NCBI GenBank assembly: GCA_016785015.1
Contig: JADHTJ010000003.1
Location: 24,979-88,978 of the forward strand
Origin: Anaerolineales bacterium
GTDB lineage: Bacteria; Chloroflexota; Anaerolineae; Anaerolineales; UBA11858
Length of the DNA: 64,000 bases
Reading direction: 5' to 3'
The position numbers and the translations under genes are program-made. This document shows, one piece after another, positions 19,701 to 28,087 of the stretch. Position 1 is the first letter of the stretch. The number at the start of each line of letters is the position of its first letter. The notes under the pieces were generated by a model, which was not told where the DNA came from, made no database searches, and saw only the letters and a list, made by a program, of their open reading frames with translations.

Positions 19701-20254
19701 AATACTGCACAACCTTCAGCTCCAACGAGTTTTGCAGCTCGTTCAACGATTAATGAAAGCAAGCTATCTATATCTTGTGTGGAAGAAACTGCCAATCCGA
19801 TATCGTTTATTGATTCTAACTGAGTAATTTTTTCCGCGAGAGTGGTTCGTGTTTCGATTCTGTCAGATATATCGCGAATACTGCAAAAAAGTAGTGTTTG
19901 ATCATCAATACTAATTGGGCTCAAAGAGATATCTGAATGGAATACTTCCCCATGTTTCTTTTCACATGAGAATTCCATACCAGAATTCATTTGACGTGAT
20001 TCTGGGGACTTGAAATAGGAAACTCGGCGCCTCGCATGCTCTTTTCGAAAATCCTTTAGGATCAACACTTCAACATCTTTTCCAATCAATTCATCACGAT
20101 GATATTCAAAAAGTTTTTCCGCTTGAGAATTGGCATGTTGAATTCGCCCGGCAAAATCTATAACAAGCATTGCTTCAGGCAAGGCATCCAAAAAAAACTG
20201 CTGCAATGAATCATCCCTAATTTGAGTTGATTGAATTACTTTACTATTTTCCAT
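16739..20254 (-). CDS. PAS - multi-GAF - GGDEF diguanylate cyclase (1171 aa)
   Basis: N-terminal PAS (AMLVIDFAGRIQHANSQAEKLF). Repeated GAF modules each end in ANQAAIAIENA. C-terminal GGDEF domain (TGTHNRR...DIDNFKKVNDTYGH...GRYGGEEFAIIL). Confidence 0.88.
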   Translation of the reverse strand: MENSKVIQSTQIRDDSLQQFFLDALPEAMLVIDFAGRIQHANSQAEKLFEYHRDELIGKDVEVLILKDFRKEHARRRVSYFKSPESRQMNSGMEFSCEKKHGEVFHSDISLSPISIDDQTLLFCSIRDISDRIETRTTLAEKITQLESINDIGLAVSSTQDIDSLLSLIVERAAKLVGAEGCAVLLPDDESGELVFRAALDDIVGMRVPLSEGVVSNVLNSGAPEIINDVSIFPGHYPKIGEESEILIRSLVVIPLLAEGKAVGVLTAINKIDGDFSSADCELLVTLASYAATSLQNVQLYDQIQRHAEGLQSEVAKRTDALRRSQDSLQQRNLELNRLYRASETLFFSSVPKLEEVAKTIVETVLAEFGKSNCSLLIAEGKNVIKRVAVSGPYAEEVSKGELRLDGSGLVPRTFRSGQVVNIPDVRNDPEYVANWKDARSELAIPLKLGEEIIGVIDVQSTELNAFNRDDERLMAIFAERAALAIENVRLFEAERRQRVEAETLREASAVVAGSLHQDEAINEILVQLERVVPYDSASVQLLGDGYLEIVGGRGWPDADEILGLRFIIPGDNPNSEVIQRREAIILDEPSENHTPFLQAPHRHIRSWLGVPLIVRDKVLGMLAIDHNQPNFYASEHIRLATAFADQVAITINAAQLFEQTESTLAETQMLYSIARILIQTENSTELLQRLVDNVADNLPADRVALVTFDLETQDVIQYVKGGPGSDNIVRVDFQELMDGLSGWVLREFQPALSPKGIPDPRESEDVQKRRVETCCGAIIVVPLLIRDRIIGTITAINNPDDPDFTKNDVNLIEAIANQAAIAIENANLLDKSQTTLAETQMLYRVAQSLIQAGTLHDVLQSLVDNIAKFLPAHLAALYTFDLNKGEITNFVFSGMGIDDIDNADFDELMDGLTGWAIRELEPAVSPKGVLDPRESAAGQKRKTDAGFGAIVIVPLVHRGIVLGSMSVINRDDQPNFTQREIGIMEAVANQAAIAIENAILFEEIQWLATTDGLTGTHNRRNLFELGRREIERARRYEHHLSAIMLDIDNFKKVNDTYGHSIGDQVLRSLTQECLESLREFDILGRYGGEEFAIILPETDCQAACKTAERLRQRVEEKHFETTKGELSLTISLGVAELSDDIPDMATLLDLADSALYVAKQSGRNRVELKT

Positions 20255-20330
20255 TGAATAGAAGGGTTTACCATCGGATACAAATATCTTACCATATTCA
20301 CTCAGATTACTCTGGAGTCATAAAGGGGGT

Positions 20331-20437
20331 CTCTTGGAATCGCCGTGGTAAGGGACCACATTTGGGGTAGGGGGATGTGCGGAGAACACCCCCTACCCCC
20401 AAATATGAGGTCCCTCAAGGTAATTCCCTTAGAACCC
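20331..20437. repeat. Family A long imperfect palindromic intergenic element, copy 2 (~107 bp)
   Basis: CTCTTGGAATCGCCGTGGTAAGGGACCACATTTGGGG...CCCCAAATATGAGGTCCCTCAAGGTAATTCCCTTAGAACCC. The arms are collinear with copy 1, and the central loop carries GTGCGGAG where copy 1 has CTCCGCAC. Confidence 0.8.
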
Positions 20438-20588
20438 AAAAAGGAATAAACAGTACAAAAGTTTGATATACGCTAATTGACCAATTTGGTATGATTAGTT
20501 AGCTTCTTTTGAATCAGTAGTATTGCTTTTGTTTGCTTTTCCCTTGTCGGTGCACCATAATCAAAAACGTAAATAAAATCGGGCAATT

Positions 20589-23003
20589 ATGAAGGTTCTC
20601 ATCGTCCAATCTGATATCGAAACTGCACAAACACTCACTGAGATTTTCGTCCAACGCGGAGATCAAGTTTATACGACCATAGATATTAGAGATGCTATTC
20701 CGATACTCCAACAAGAAAACCCGAACCTATTGGTGTTAGATCTCCACTTGCCTGAAGATGCACTCAGCGAGCTATTGCGAGGCCTTCGAGAGAGGTATCC
20801 CGATGTGAAAGTGGTCATTTCCAACCGTTATCCTGATCTATCACGCGAAATGAAAGTAAAAGAGTATGGGGTAAATATTTTTTTGCGCTCCCCCTTTAGT
20901 AAAACTTGGGTGGAGCAAGCAATAATGAATTTGGCAGATGTTGATCACGATGAAGAACAAAGCAGAAGTATAAAATCTGCCCTACCCAATGTTCGAATCC
21001 CCGTTCGTTTGAAGATCATATTTCCTTATCTGCTCTTAGCTCTAATGCTCGCAATGGGTGCAGGTTATGTCGTCAGCCGAGTGGCTTTAGATACTATTGA
21101 AGACCGATTTGTAAACAGTCTCATTGAATTTGGTCAGCTCACGTCGGCTTGGCTAGTAGAGGTGGAGAGTAATCGTTTAGAAACTTTACGAATCTTAGCG
21201 TTCACAGATGGGTTATCGGCTTCTATTTTAGAAAGTGACGCAGAGACATTGCGCGAACTTGTTCTTGGATTGGCGATCAACAACCAAGAAGAAGCCATTG
21301 AGATATTAGATTCTCAGGGGGAGGCAATTCTATCAATTCGCCACATATCAGGAGCTGGTCGGGAATCCTATGAATTTTCAAGGGGGGAGGATATTTTCAA
21401 AGATGCACTTTTCGTACAGAAGGTATTAAACCAAGAAATCGATGAGCGGGGGGACAAATATGCGGGATTTATCCAGGCTCCCTGGGGAGATTATTTCTAC
21501 ACTGCAGGTCCGATCCGTGATGACGAGAACAATCTTGCCGGCGTAGTACTGGTCGGGCGTTCGATATCTACCATCGTGTTGGAAACTCGAGAGAAGCTCC
21601 TTGGAGAGGAAAGCACAATTGCTCATGTTTCTTTTTACGACACAAACGGCCAGCCCCTTGATACAACCCTCATCGAACTTGAAGCGATTAGCTTATCGGA
21701 TGAAATGGTATCAGAGATTTTTAAGCGTCAGGATCAAGATAGCCAATTGCGGCCACTGAATATTGCCGGTATTGAATATCGCGAGATTATTGGCCCCTGG
21801 GAAGTTCGCGGTGGCCAAGATTTAGGATTGGTGGGCGTATCTATGGCAGAAACCTTTCTGGTACGCCCCAGCCAACAGACCCAAGGTCAAATCTATATAA
21901 TTGCCACTTTAGGGCTTATATTGATCATCGCCGTTGGCATACTGCTCGCCAGAAGGATCACTCAACCGCTCAAACAAGTCGTCAGTGCGGCATCATCTGT
22001 AAGCCAAGGGAAATGGGATGTTTCAGTAGAAACAAAGGGGGATGATGAACTAGCCGTTTTAGCCCACACATTTAATTACATGATTTCCCATTTAAAAGAA
22101 GGTGAGATTTATCGGGATTTGTTAGGGCGCACGATCACACCTCAAGTACGGGATCAGCTCAGAAAGGGGCTCGCATCAGGAAATCTCAAATTAGAGGGAC
22201 AGAACACCACCGCATCTGTAATGATCACTGACATTCGTGGATTTACCGTGATCTCTGAGAGTGAAGCACCTACAACGATTTTGGGTTGGCTTAACCAATA
22301 TTGGGGAGAACTCGTCCCCATCATCAACTCGCACAATGGAGTAACAAACGAATTCGTCGGTGATTCAGTAATGGCATTTTTTGGTGTTCTACCCATGACG
22401 CTTGATGCTTCTGAAAGCGCAAGACAAGCCTGTATGGCTGCCGTAGATATCCTTCAAGCGGTAAATGCAATGAATATCCAACGCCAGGACAGAGGAGAAC
22501 CACCGATGGTGACCGGCATTGGCATCAATACTGGAGCGGTAGCTGCAGGGGGAATGGGCACCGCCGACAGGCTACACTATTCAATCATCGGTGATACCGT
22601 GAACGTTACCCAACGTTTGGAAAGTCTTACCAAAGAATTAGGAGAAACCAGCGCTATCATCAGCGAGGACACATATGCCGCTTTAGGCGAATATCAAGAC
22701 GATTTCATGATTATCCCTATGGGCAGCCATATATTCAAGGGAAAATCAGAACCAATCATGGTATACCGCTTACTGCCATTAGAGTTGGAAGCGCAACAGT
22801 CAATACGAATAAACATTAACACTGCTCCAGTGGAAGAATTAATGGCTCTGGAAGGGATCAGTTCAAAAATTGCTAGCAATATCATTGATCATCGAACCGC
22901 TAATGGAATTTTCTCTGATATTGAAGATATCAAAAAGATCTCTGGCATAGGTATAATAAAATATCGGCGAATTAAAGATTACATTTCTGTAAACAATGTC
23001 TAG
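20589..23003 (+). CDS. Receiver - TM - extracytoplasmic sensor - TM - HAMP - class III adenylate/guanylate cyclase - ComEA-like helix-hairpin-helix
   Basis: REC (VLIVQSD...LLVLDLHLPED). Two hydrophobic spans flank ~270 aa. HAMP (RRITQPLKQV...DELAVLAHTFNYM). Cyclase (ASVMITDIRGFT...EFVGDSVMAFFG...GINTG...IGDTVNVTQRLES). Tail ININTAPVEELMALEGIS...IKKISGIGIIKYRRIK is ComEA-like. Confidence 0.8.
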   Translation: MKVLIVQSDIETAQTLTEIFVQRGDQVYTTIDIRDAIPILQQENPNLLVLDLHLPEDALSELLRGLRERYPDVKVVISNRYPDLSREMKVKEYGVNIFLRSPFSKTWVEQAIMNLADVDHDEEQSRSIKSALPNVRIPVRLKIIFPYLLLALMLAMGAGYVVSRVALDTIEDRFVNSLIEFGQLTSAWLVEVESNRLETLRILAFTDGLSASILESDAETLRELVLGLAINNQEEAIEILDSQGEAILSIRHISGAGRESYEFSRGEDIFKDALFVQKVLNQEIDERGDKYAGFIQAPWGDYFYTAGPIRDDENNLAGVVLVGRSISTIVLETREKLLGEESTIAHVSFYDTNGQPLDTTLIELEAISLSDEMVSEIFKRQDQDSQLRPLNIAGIEYREIIGPWEVRGGQDLGLVGVSMAETFLVRPSQQTQGQIYIIATLGLILIIAVGILLARRITQPLKQVVSAASSVSQGKWDVSVETKGDDELAVLAHTFNYMISHLKEGEIYRDLLGRTITPQVRDQLRKGLASGNLKLEGQNTTASVMITDIRGFTVISESEAPTTILGWLNQYWGELVPIINSHNGVTNEFVGDSVMAFFGVLPMTLDASESARQACMAAVDILQAVNAMNIQRQDRGEPPMVTGIGINTGAVAAGGMGTADRLHYSIIGDTVNVTQRLESLTKELGETSAIISEDTYAALGEYQDDFMIIPMGSHIFKGKSEPIMVYRLLPLELEAQQSIRININTAPVEELMALEGISSKIASNIIDHRTANGIFSDIEDIKKISGIGIIKYRRIKDYISVNNV

Positions 23004-23054
23004 ATTGATACATGGTAATATTGAACAATAGAAAAAGGACAAAAGAGAGAAAAT

Positions 23055-23939
23055 TTGGCTGTGCAAACTCTTTCCCCAAGAATTAACTGGTCCGGCATCC
23101 GAACACAATGGATGCTGGCAATACTGCTATCTATAGTAGTAATGATCGGAATTTGGGCTTCAGTGTTTGCTCAAGGATTCAAATCATCAAGAGATACGGA
23201 TTTTGTATCTGTTTCTATGCGCGCAAACACGCAGGCAGATTACAGTTCCGACCCTAACCTTATTTTCCGGCCAATCTCACTTTCAATTGTCGAAGATATC
23301 CTTAGTGATGAAGTTACTTCAGAAGAAGAGGCTGAAGAACGGATCAGCGATTTCAAAGAAAACATGCAATCCCCCATTCCAATAGTAAACAATAATAATG
23401 GTGGAGGAAAGCAGGTCAGTTTTATCCTACCCGATCCTGAAGAAAATGACAAAAAAGAAGATATGGAGGATCAGGAAATTAGCGAGGATGAAAATGTAGA
23501 ACCTGGGGATCAAGAACCCAGTGAAAAAGAAGAAATCGTCTTCGATGACGACTATGATACAACAACTCCAGACACAGACGATCAACCCGATGCATTAGAT
23601 CCCAGCGATGATCCACCAGGAAATTCTGGCGATGCCCCTGGGCAAACCAAAAAAGATGAAGATCCATCGGACGAATCTGATCAGTCTCCTGGTAACTCTG
23701 GGGATGCACCTGGGCAAAACAAGGATGAAGATCCATCCGACGAACCAGATGAGTCTCCTGGAAACTCTGGCGACGCGCCGGGGCAAGCCAAAAAAGATAA
23801 AGATCCATCGGACGAATCTGATCAGTCTCCTGGTAACTCTGGGGATGCACCCGGGCAAAACAAGGATGAAGACCCCGGACAGTCAGACGAGTCTCCTGGG
23901 AAATCTAGCAACGCTCCGGGAAAAAACAAAGACAAATAG
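23055..23939 (+). CDS. Membrane-anchored, highly acidic low-complexity repeat protein
   Basis: N-terminal hydrophobic span WMLAILLSIVVMIGIWASVFA, then a D/E/S-rich region. Five tandem ~23-aa units, SPGNSGDAPGQ(x)K(K)DEDPSDE(x)D(x). The start is uncertain (TTG 23055, GTG 23061 or ATG 23112). Confidence 0.55.
   Translation: MAVQTLSPRINWSGIRTQWMLAILLSIVVMIGIWASVFAQGFKSSRDTDFVSVSMRANTQADYSSDPNLIFRPISLSIVEDILSDEVTSEEEAEERISDFKENMQSPIPIVNNNNGGGKQVSFILPDPEENDKKEDMEDQEISEDENVEPGDQEPSEKEEIVFDDDYDTTTPDTDDQPDALDPSDDPPGNSGDAPGQTKKDEDPSDESDQSPGNSGDAPGQNKDEDPSDEPDESPGNSGDAPGQAKKDKDPSDESDQSPGNSGDAPGQNKDEDPGQSDESPGKSSNAPGKNKDK
23605..23936 (+). repeat. In-frame tandem repeat (66-72 nt units; 141-nt higher-order period)
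   Basis: A ~70-nt block GATCCATCGGACGAATCTGATCAGTCTCCTGGTAACTCTGGGGATGCACC(T/C)GGGCAAAACAAGGATGAAGA occurs at 23661 and again at 23802, giving a 141-nt period. Confidence 0.85.
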
Positions 23940-23962
23940 AATGGGCCACAGCGGACAAATTC

Positions 23963-24664
23963 TCAAATAATTTTCAACCATTCTGTCATAATCTTCAACA
24001 ATCGTCCCATAATCTCTCTCGCTCCATCCTTAAAGTACTCCATATCACCATAAGCAAGACTGCCATCATCTCCCACTAAATCTGAAACACCCCGCAAAAT
24101 CAAAGTTTTTACTCCATTTCGCTGTGCCACCCAGGCGATAGCGCCGCTCTCCCAATCCCCAGCAATTGCTCCATAACGAGATTTCAGCTCAGGAATGTCT
24201 TCCACTAATAGATCGCGGTCTCCAGACACCAACAGTGATCTTCGAGCATCCTTAGGGTAGTCGTCACCCAACCAGGAAAGATCTAAATCCGTGGTGTAAT
24301 GGGCAATGTGTTCATCAAGATCACCCATTTGCTCGATGATATCGTAAACGATGGTGTGCTCAACCAGTATGATCTCCCCTTTTTCGATTTCACCTGCAAA
24401 TCCCCCACACGTGCCAAGATTAACAAGTAAGTCAGGTCCCCAGCGATCAATGGCATATTGAGTCGAGGCTGCTGCGGCAATCTTGCCCCATCCACCATGG
24501 AAGAATGTTATCGGACTGAGGGAAGGAGATAGTGATAACGAGAACCACTCTCCAAAAGGTGAAACTTGGGTATCTGCTTCGGGAAAAAGCTCGCCGATAA
24601 CTTGCCATTCGATGTCTGCAGAAATCAATACAACAATCGTTGGAATGGAATCTATTTGGCCCAT
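23963..24664 (-). CDS. Nucleoside phosphorylase superfamily protein (MTA/SAH nucleosidase- or futalosine hydrolase-like)
   Basis: PNP_UDP_1-like pattern: IVVLISADIEW...GGWGKIAAAASTQYAI...LVNLGTCGG...GDWESGAIA. The ATG at 24664 is preceded by AGGTGG. The listed start at 24688 is a TTG. Confidence 0.6.
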   Translation of the reverse strand: MGQIDSIPTIVVLISADIEWQVIGELFPEADTQVSPFGEWFSLSLSPSLSPITFFHGGWGKIAAAASTQYAIDRWGPDLLVNLGTCGGFAGEIEKGEIILVEHTIVYDIIEQMGDLDEHIAHYTTDLDLSWLGDDYPKDARRSLLVSGDRDLLVEDIPELKSRYGAIAGDWESGAIAWVAQRNGVKTLILRGVSDLVGDDGSLAYGDMEYFKDGAREIMGRLLKIMTEWLKII

Positions 24665-24870
24665 AACCCACCTGTCTCTTCCATCCAATCGGCAATCTTG
24701 TCAGCAGCAGCGGGAATATCATCGTCGGAGATATCCAATACTAGAGTGGGCAGGACGGACTCGGCAACTAGCTTTTGGAGCAATTCTTTTTCTTGAACAA
24801 ACAATGTAAGATCATCTTTATGCGTCAAGCGGGTGCCTTCTAAAATGATGTTAGGGCAAAGTTTCGACAT
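24652..24870 (-). CDS. Hypothetical small protein (72 aa)
   Basis: The ORF sits directly upstream of the nucleosidase-like gene and overlaps it by 13 nt. No recognisable motif. Confidence 0.3.
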   Translation of the reverse strand: MSKLCPNIILEGTRLTHKDDLTLFVQEKELLQKLVAESVLPTLVLDISDDDIPAAADKIADWMEETGGLWAK

Positions 24871-24878
24871 AATATATG

Positions 24879-24918
24879 CAACGATGGGATTGGTATATTC
24901 TAGCCAATCCCATCGTTG
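24879..24918 (-). terminator. Perfect 15-bp stem hairpin after the LiaF-like/PspC cluster (possible terminator)
   Basis: CAACGATGGGATTGG - 10 nt - CCAATCCCATCGTTG, 27 nt downstream of the stop of 24945..26000. No clear U-tract on either strand. Confidence 0.35.
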
Positions 24919-24944
24919 ATATTCTCCTTTGAAATTATTGCCGC

Positions 24945-26000
24945 TTACTTATTATAGCGCACTACAATGCTGCCGATTGCCTGGCTGATATCCAGGTCAA
25001 TGGCCATCTCAGCGGCTTCATAGCCTGGGGAGTAATAATAGTCGCCCTGTCTATCAAAATCGGAGGGAATTGTCAGGGAAGATAGTGCCTTGCTCACTTC
25101 AATGCGCACTGAGACATCGCTTGGCACATAGACAATGATCTGCCCGATGGCTTGGCTAATATCTCCATTTATTGATTCGCCCGCAGGTAAACTTATTAAA
25201 AGATCGCCCACTGCTTGGCTGGCATTCAGTCCCGAAAGAGTAATATCAGCCAATTCCAAATCCATATCGCCAGCCGCCATGGATGCTTCTAATTCGATGG
25301 GCACATCTGGATCAAGTCCCAATTGCCAATCCCATCCAGACCCAAAGAATGGGAAGTTATTGCGCGTGTTCAATGAATATGTCGCGGTATTGCCCTGCAC
25401 CTTGTAGCTTTCCCATATCTGACGGCTGCGGCCGATGCTGACTTCTCCTTCAATAAGCGCTTTGGAATCACCCAACTCATATACAAGCAATTGTCCAACG
25501 GCAGGAGACAGGCTGACTTCAGCACGAGAGGCGTCACCCAGCTCTTGATAAATTGACTCACTCTCTATGGATTGACCACCTAAGGGAGCAAATCCAATCC
25601 CCGCCATCCAGAGCAAACCCATCAGCATAGCTAAAATGAGCAGCACAACTAGTGCTGAGAGCCAGGGAGAACGCCGCCCTACCATGATTTCAAGACCAAT
25701 GGCAATAATGAGTAGCGGCCAAAGACGCCACAATGCATCCCAGGCGTTCCATCCCAGCCAACCAAAATTACTCAGCAGAAATACGCCGCCCAAACCAAAC
25801 ATGATCACCGGACCAACAATCTCACTTCGCCTGAGCAGACCATCTAAACCGATGGCGATAAATATCAGCGGCCACAACTGCCAAATGGAATCCCAGGTGA
25901 CATTATCAATGATGCCTAAGTTGTTCATCAAGAATAATGCGCCAACGAGTATCAGAATGATAGGCCAAACAAATCCATTGTGTTTAGATTTTTTTTCCAT
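24945..26000 (-). CDS. LiaF-like membrane protein: N-terminal DUF5668-like TM repeats plus C-terminal toastrack (DUF2154/DUF4097-like) domain
   Basis: Repeated TM motif LWPLIFIAIGL / LWPLLIIAIGL. The C-terminus has a repetitive beta-strand pattern GDMDLELADITLSGLNASQAVGDLLISLP...VRIEVSKALSSLTIP. Confidence 0.6.
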   Translation of the reverse strand: MEKKSKHNGFVWPIILILVGALFLMNNLGIIDNVTWDSIWQLWPLIFIAIGLDGLLRRSEIVGPVIMFGLGGVFLLSNFGWLGWNAWDALWRLWPLLIIAIGLEIMVGRRSPWLSALVVLLILAMLMGLLWMAGIGFAPLGGQSIESESIYQELGDASRAEVSLSPAVGQLLVYELGDSKALIEGEVSIGRSRQIWESYKVQGNTATYSLNTRNNFPFFGSGWDWQLGLDPDVPIELEASMAAGDMDLELADITLSGLNASQAVGDLLISLPAGESINGDISQAIGQIIVYVPSDVSVRIEVSKALSSLTIPSDFDRQGDYYYSPGYEAAEMAIDLDISQAIGSIVVRYNK

Positions 26001-26012
26001 AGTTTTGTTCCT

Positions 26013-26450
26013 CTAACGCTTCCACCGGAATATCATCGCTAACCCGGCTAAAATTAGCAGCACGGGCCAGAGCAGATCGAAATCTAACCACCAAAGGAAA
26101 TCTATCCCCAAGGATTCCAGGAGCCACAACGCCCCTAGGATGATCAATCCACCCCCTACGATCAGACCAGACTTCGGGTGAGGGCGATTGACCGCGGTGA
26201 CAAAGTCATCTCCCATATGGCGGATACGATCCCCAAAATCTCCAGAATTTTCAACATCTTGCTCAGGGATAACGATCCACAAAACGAGATAAACCCAAAA
26301 TCCAACCCCGCCCCCAAAAAGCAGCAGGAAAAACGCCAAACGTATCAGGGTGGCATCGATGCCGACAAAATCTGCCAAACCACCGCAAACTCCGGCGAGC
26401 ATGCGATCACCTTGGCTACGATATAGTTTTTTATCCATAATTTTCTCCAC
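26013..26450 (-). CDS. PspC domain-containing membrane protein
   Basis: KKLYRSQGDRMLAGVCGGLADFVGIDATLIRLAFFLL...WIVIP is the canonical PspC domain. Confidence 0.8.
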   Translation of the reverse strand: MEKIMDKKLYRSQGDRMLAGVCGGLADFVGIDATLIRLAFFLLLFGGGVGFWVYLVLWIVIPEQDVENSGDFGDRIRHMGDDFVTAVNRPHPKSGLIVGGGLIILGALWLLESLGIDFLWWLDFDLLWPVLLILAGLAMIFRWKR

Positions 26451-26454
26451 AAAT

Positions 26455-27087
26455 CTATGTACGGAAATTGCGCACTACGAAATAACCACCTAACAGGATC
26501 AATGCCACCGGCCAGATGTAGTTGATTACTGAATACAACGGTGTTGCAGTGAACAGCCCTAGCAACAGCAAGATGCCCCCAGGGATGAATGCCCAGGTCA
26601 TTTGACCTTGAGAAGTCGGCAGCACACCAACGAGTGCAAAGGTGAGTCCAAGGCCGATGAAGAATATCCAGCCAGCATCATCCATGAATTCGTCTAAAAC
26701 GGCAACCGCAGCCAGCGTACTTAAGACTCCCGCTGGTATGATCGCCCACCATGCTTCTCGATTGACCAGATATACTAACCAAAAACTAAGCGCGATCCCC
26801 CCCAAGAAGATACTGCCGCCCCAAATATTCTCAAAATTGGGAAAGAACTGATCAGTGACGACCAGAACCATAAGTCCCAACAATGTGATGCCGGGGATCA
26901 CGGTCCACCACTGAGAACGATCGCTAAAGAAGATGAACAGGAAAACGCCGCCAGCGATGCCAAAGAACAAACCCCAAATCACTCCCCAGGCGCTGGGGAT
27001 CAGATCCAAGTTTTGTAACATGAACAGTCCCCCAGCAAGGATCAATAACGCTCCCCATAAGACTCGATTATCTAATATTTTCATCAA
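26455..27087 (-). CDS. Polytopic membrane protein (DUF5668-like repeats)
   Basis: 210 aa, almost entirely hydrophobic and Trp-rich spans. Starts 4 nt upstream of the PspC gene. Confidence 0.5.
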   Translation of the reverse strand: MMKILDNRVLWGALLILAGGLFMLQNLDLIPSAWGVIWGLFFGIAGGVFLFIFFSDRSQWWTVIPGITLLGLMVLVVTDQFFPNFENIWGGSIFLGGIALSFWLVYLVNREAWWAIIPAGVLSTLAAVAVLDEFMDDAGWIFFIGLGLTFALVGVLPTSQGQMTWAFIPGGILLLLGLFTATPLYSVINYIWPVALILLGGYFVVRNFRT

Positions 27088-27274
27088 ATTCTCCTAAGTG
27101 CGTAGCGGTTTGTGCTTTGAAATAAAATGAGCAAAGTTTACCGCCACGCTTCAGCAGATTTCGGTTTGAGCTTGTGTTTTAGTTCAAAAATCATTCCGAA
27201 ATCTGCTTAACGAATTTTATTGCGTCAAATTTTCATCGTTTTGACAATTATTAACGATTCTTCATTGGACAATA

Positions 27275-28087
27275 TCAATTCACTGATATTGAACCAACTC
27301 CAGCTTCGACCTTGATTTCAACGCGGTAAGGTGCAGATTCAAATTCTGGTGAGCAGTATACTTTGCCCTGCTTTGGAAAACGCATTTGATCGACATCTAC
27401 ACCAATCAGGCCCCCGCTGACGTCGATACGTGCGGCGACACCTTCCGGCACGATCAATTTTACTGAGGCCGCTCCGGCTTCAACCTTGACACGCGTATGC
27501 TCTACTTGAGCTGGTAAGTGAACTTCGGTCGCACTGGCACCTGTATGAATTTCCAAATTAGTTACATTGGTTTCAGACAGATCAAGTCGCGCATCGTTAG
27601 CACCGCTGTGGACTTCCAAAGAAAGAGGAACGCTGGGGTTGATAGCCAGATCCCAACGGATCCTGTTCCCAGGGCCCCAGATCCAGGGCGCGAATGCAAA
27701 AGGGAAACCTTGCGAAGAGACTTTGATTTTGGCTTCCAGACGGTCAGCGACTCTTTTTGATGATTGATCGATTCCACCATCGAAGGTACCTGATAGCAAT
27801 TCGGTTTCAGACGTTCCTGCGGCAACGCGCAATTCACCCGCGCCATGATGCAGGCTGATCCGCCCTTCGCTTGCCCCTTCAAGATCGATGGTAACGCTTT
27901 CAGATTCGAGAACTTTGTCACCATACTGTGACTGCCAAAGTATCCAGACACCCAATACGATAACCAGCATGGGCCAGAACAACTTCCACACGTTGAATCT
28001 CAATATGGCAAAGTTATCCAAAAGCAGCAAGCCACCAAACACAACAAAAATCATGCCCAAAAAGAAACTTCCGCGATTCATGTTCAT
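27275..28087 (-). CDS. LiaF-like membrane protein with C-terminal toastrack domain (paralogue of 24945..26000)
   Basis: N-terminus FFLGMIFVVFGGLLLLDN...FWPMLVIVLGVWILW. C-terminus LSLEVHSGANDARLDLSETNVTNLEIHTGASATEVHLP...VKVEAGAASVKLIVP. Confidence 0.6.
   Translation of the reverse strand: MNMNRGSFFLGMIFVVFGGLLLLDNFAILRFNVWKLFWPMLVIVLGVWILWQSQYGDKVLESESVTIDLEGASEGRISLHHGAGELRVAAGTSETELLSGTFDGGIDQSSKRVADRLEAKIKVSSQGFPFAFAPWIWGPGNRIRWDLAINPSVPLSLEVHSGANDARLDLSETNVTNLEIHTGASATEVHLPAQVEHTRVKVEAGAASVKLIVPEGVAARIDVSGGLIGVDVDQMRFPKQGKVYCSPEFESAPYRVEIKVEAGVGSISVN

Noticed and set aside
23963-24664. The nucleoside-phosphorylase-fold protein as the effector of a Detocs-like (kinase / receiver / receiver-PNP) defence system.
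   Set aside because: The protein has no receiver domain, and no dedicated kinase/buffer pair is adjacent. Its neighbours are a repeat protein and an envelope cluster. It is more simply a salvage or futalosine-type nucleosidase.
27152-27206. A 12-bp perfect inverted repeat with a 31-nt spacer in the 187-nt gap inside the PspC/LiaF cluster, considered as a riboswitch or attenuator.
   Set aside because: There is only one helix, no U-tract and no recognisable conserved core. It is noted within the cluster finding but is not enough for a separate call.
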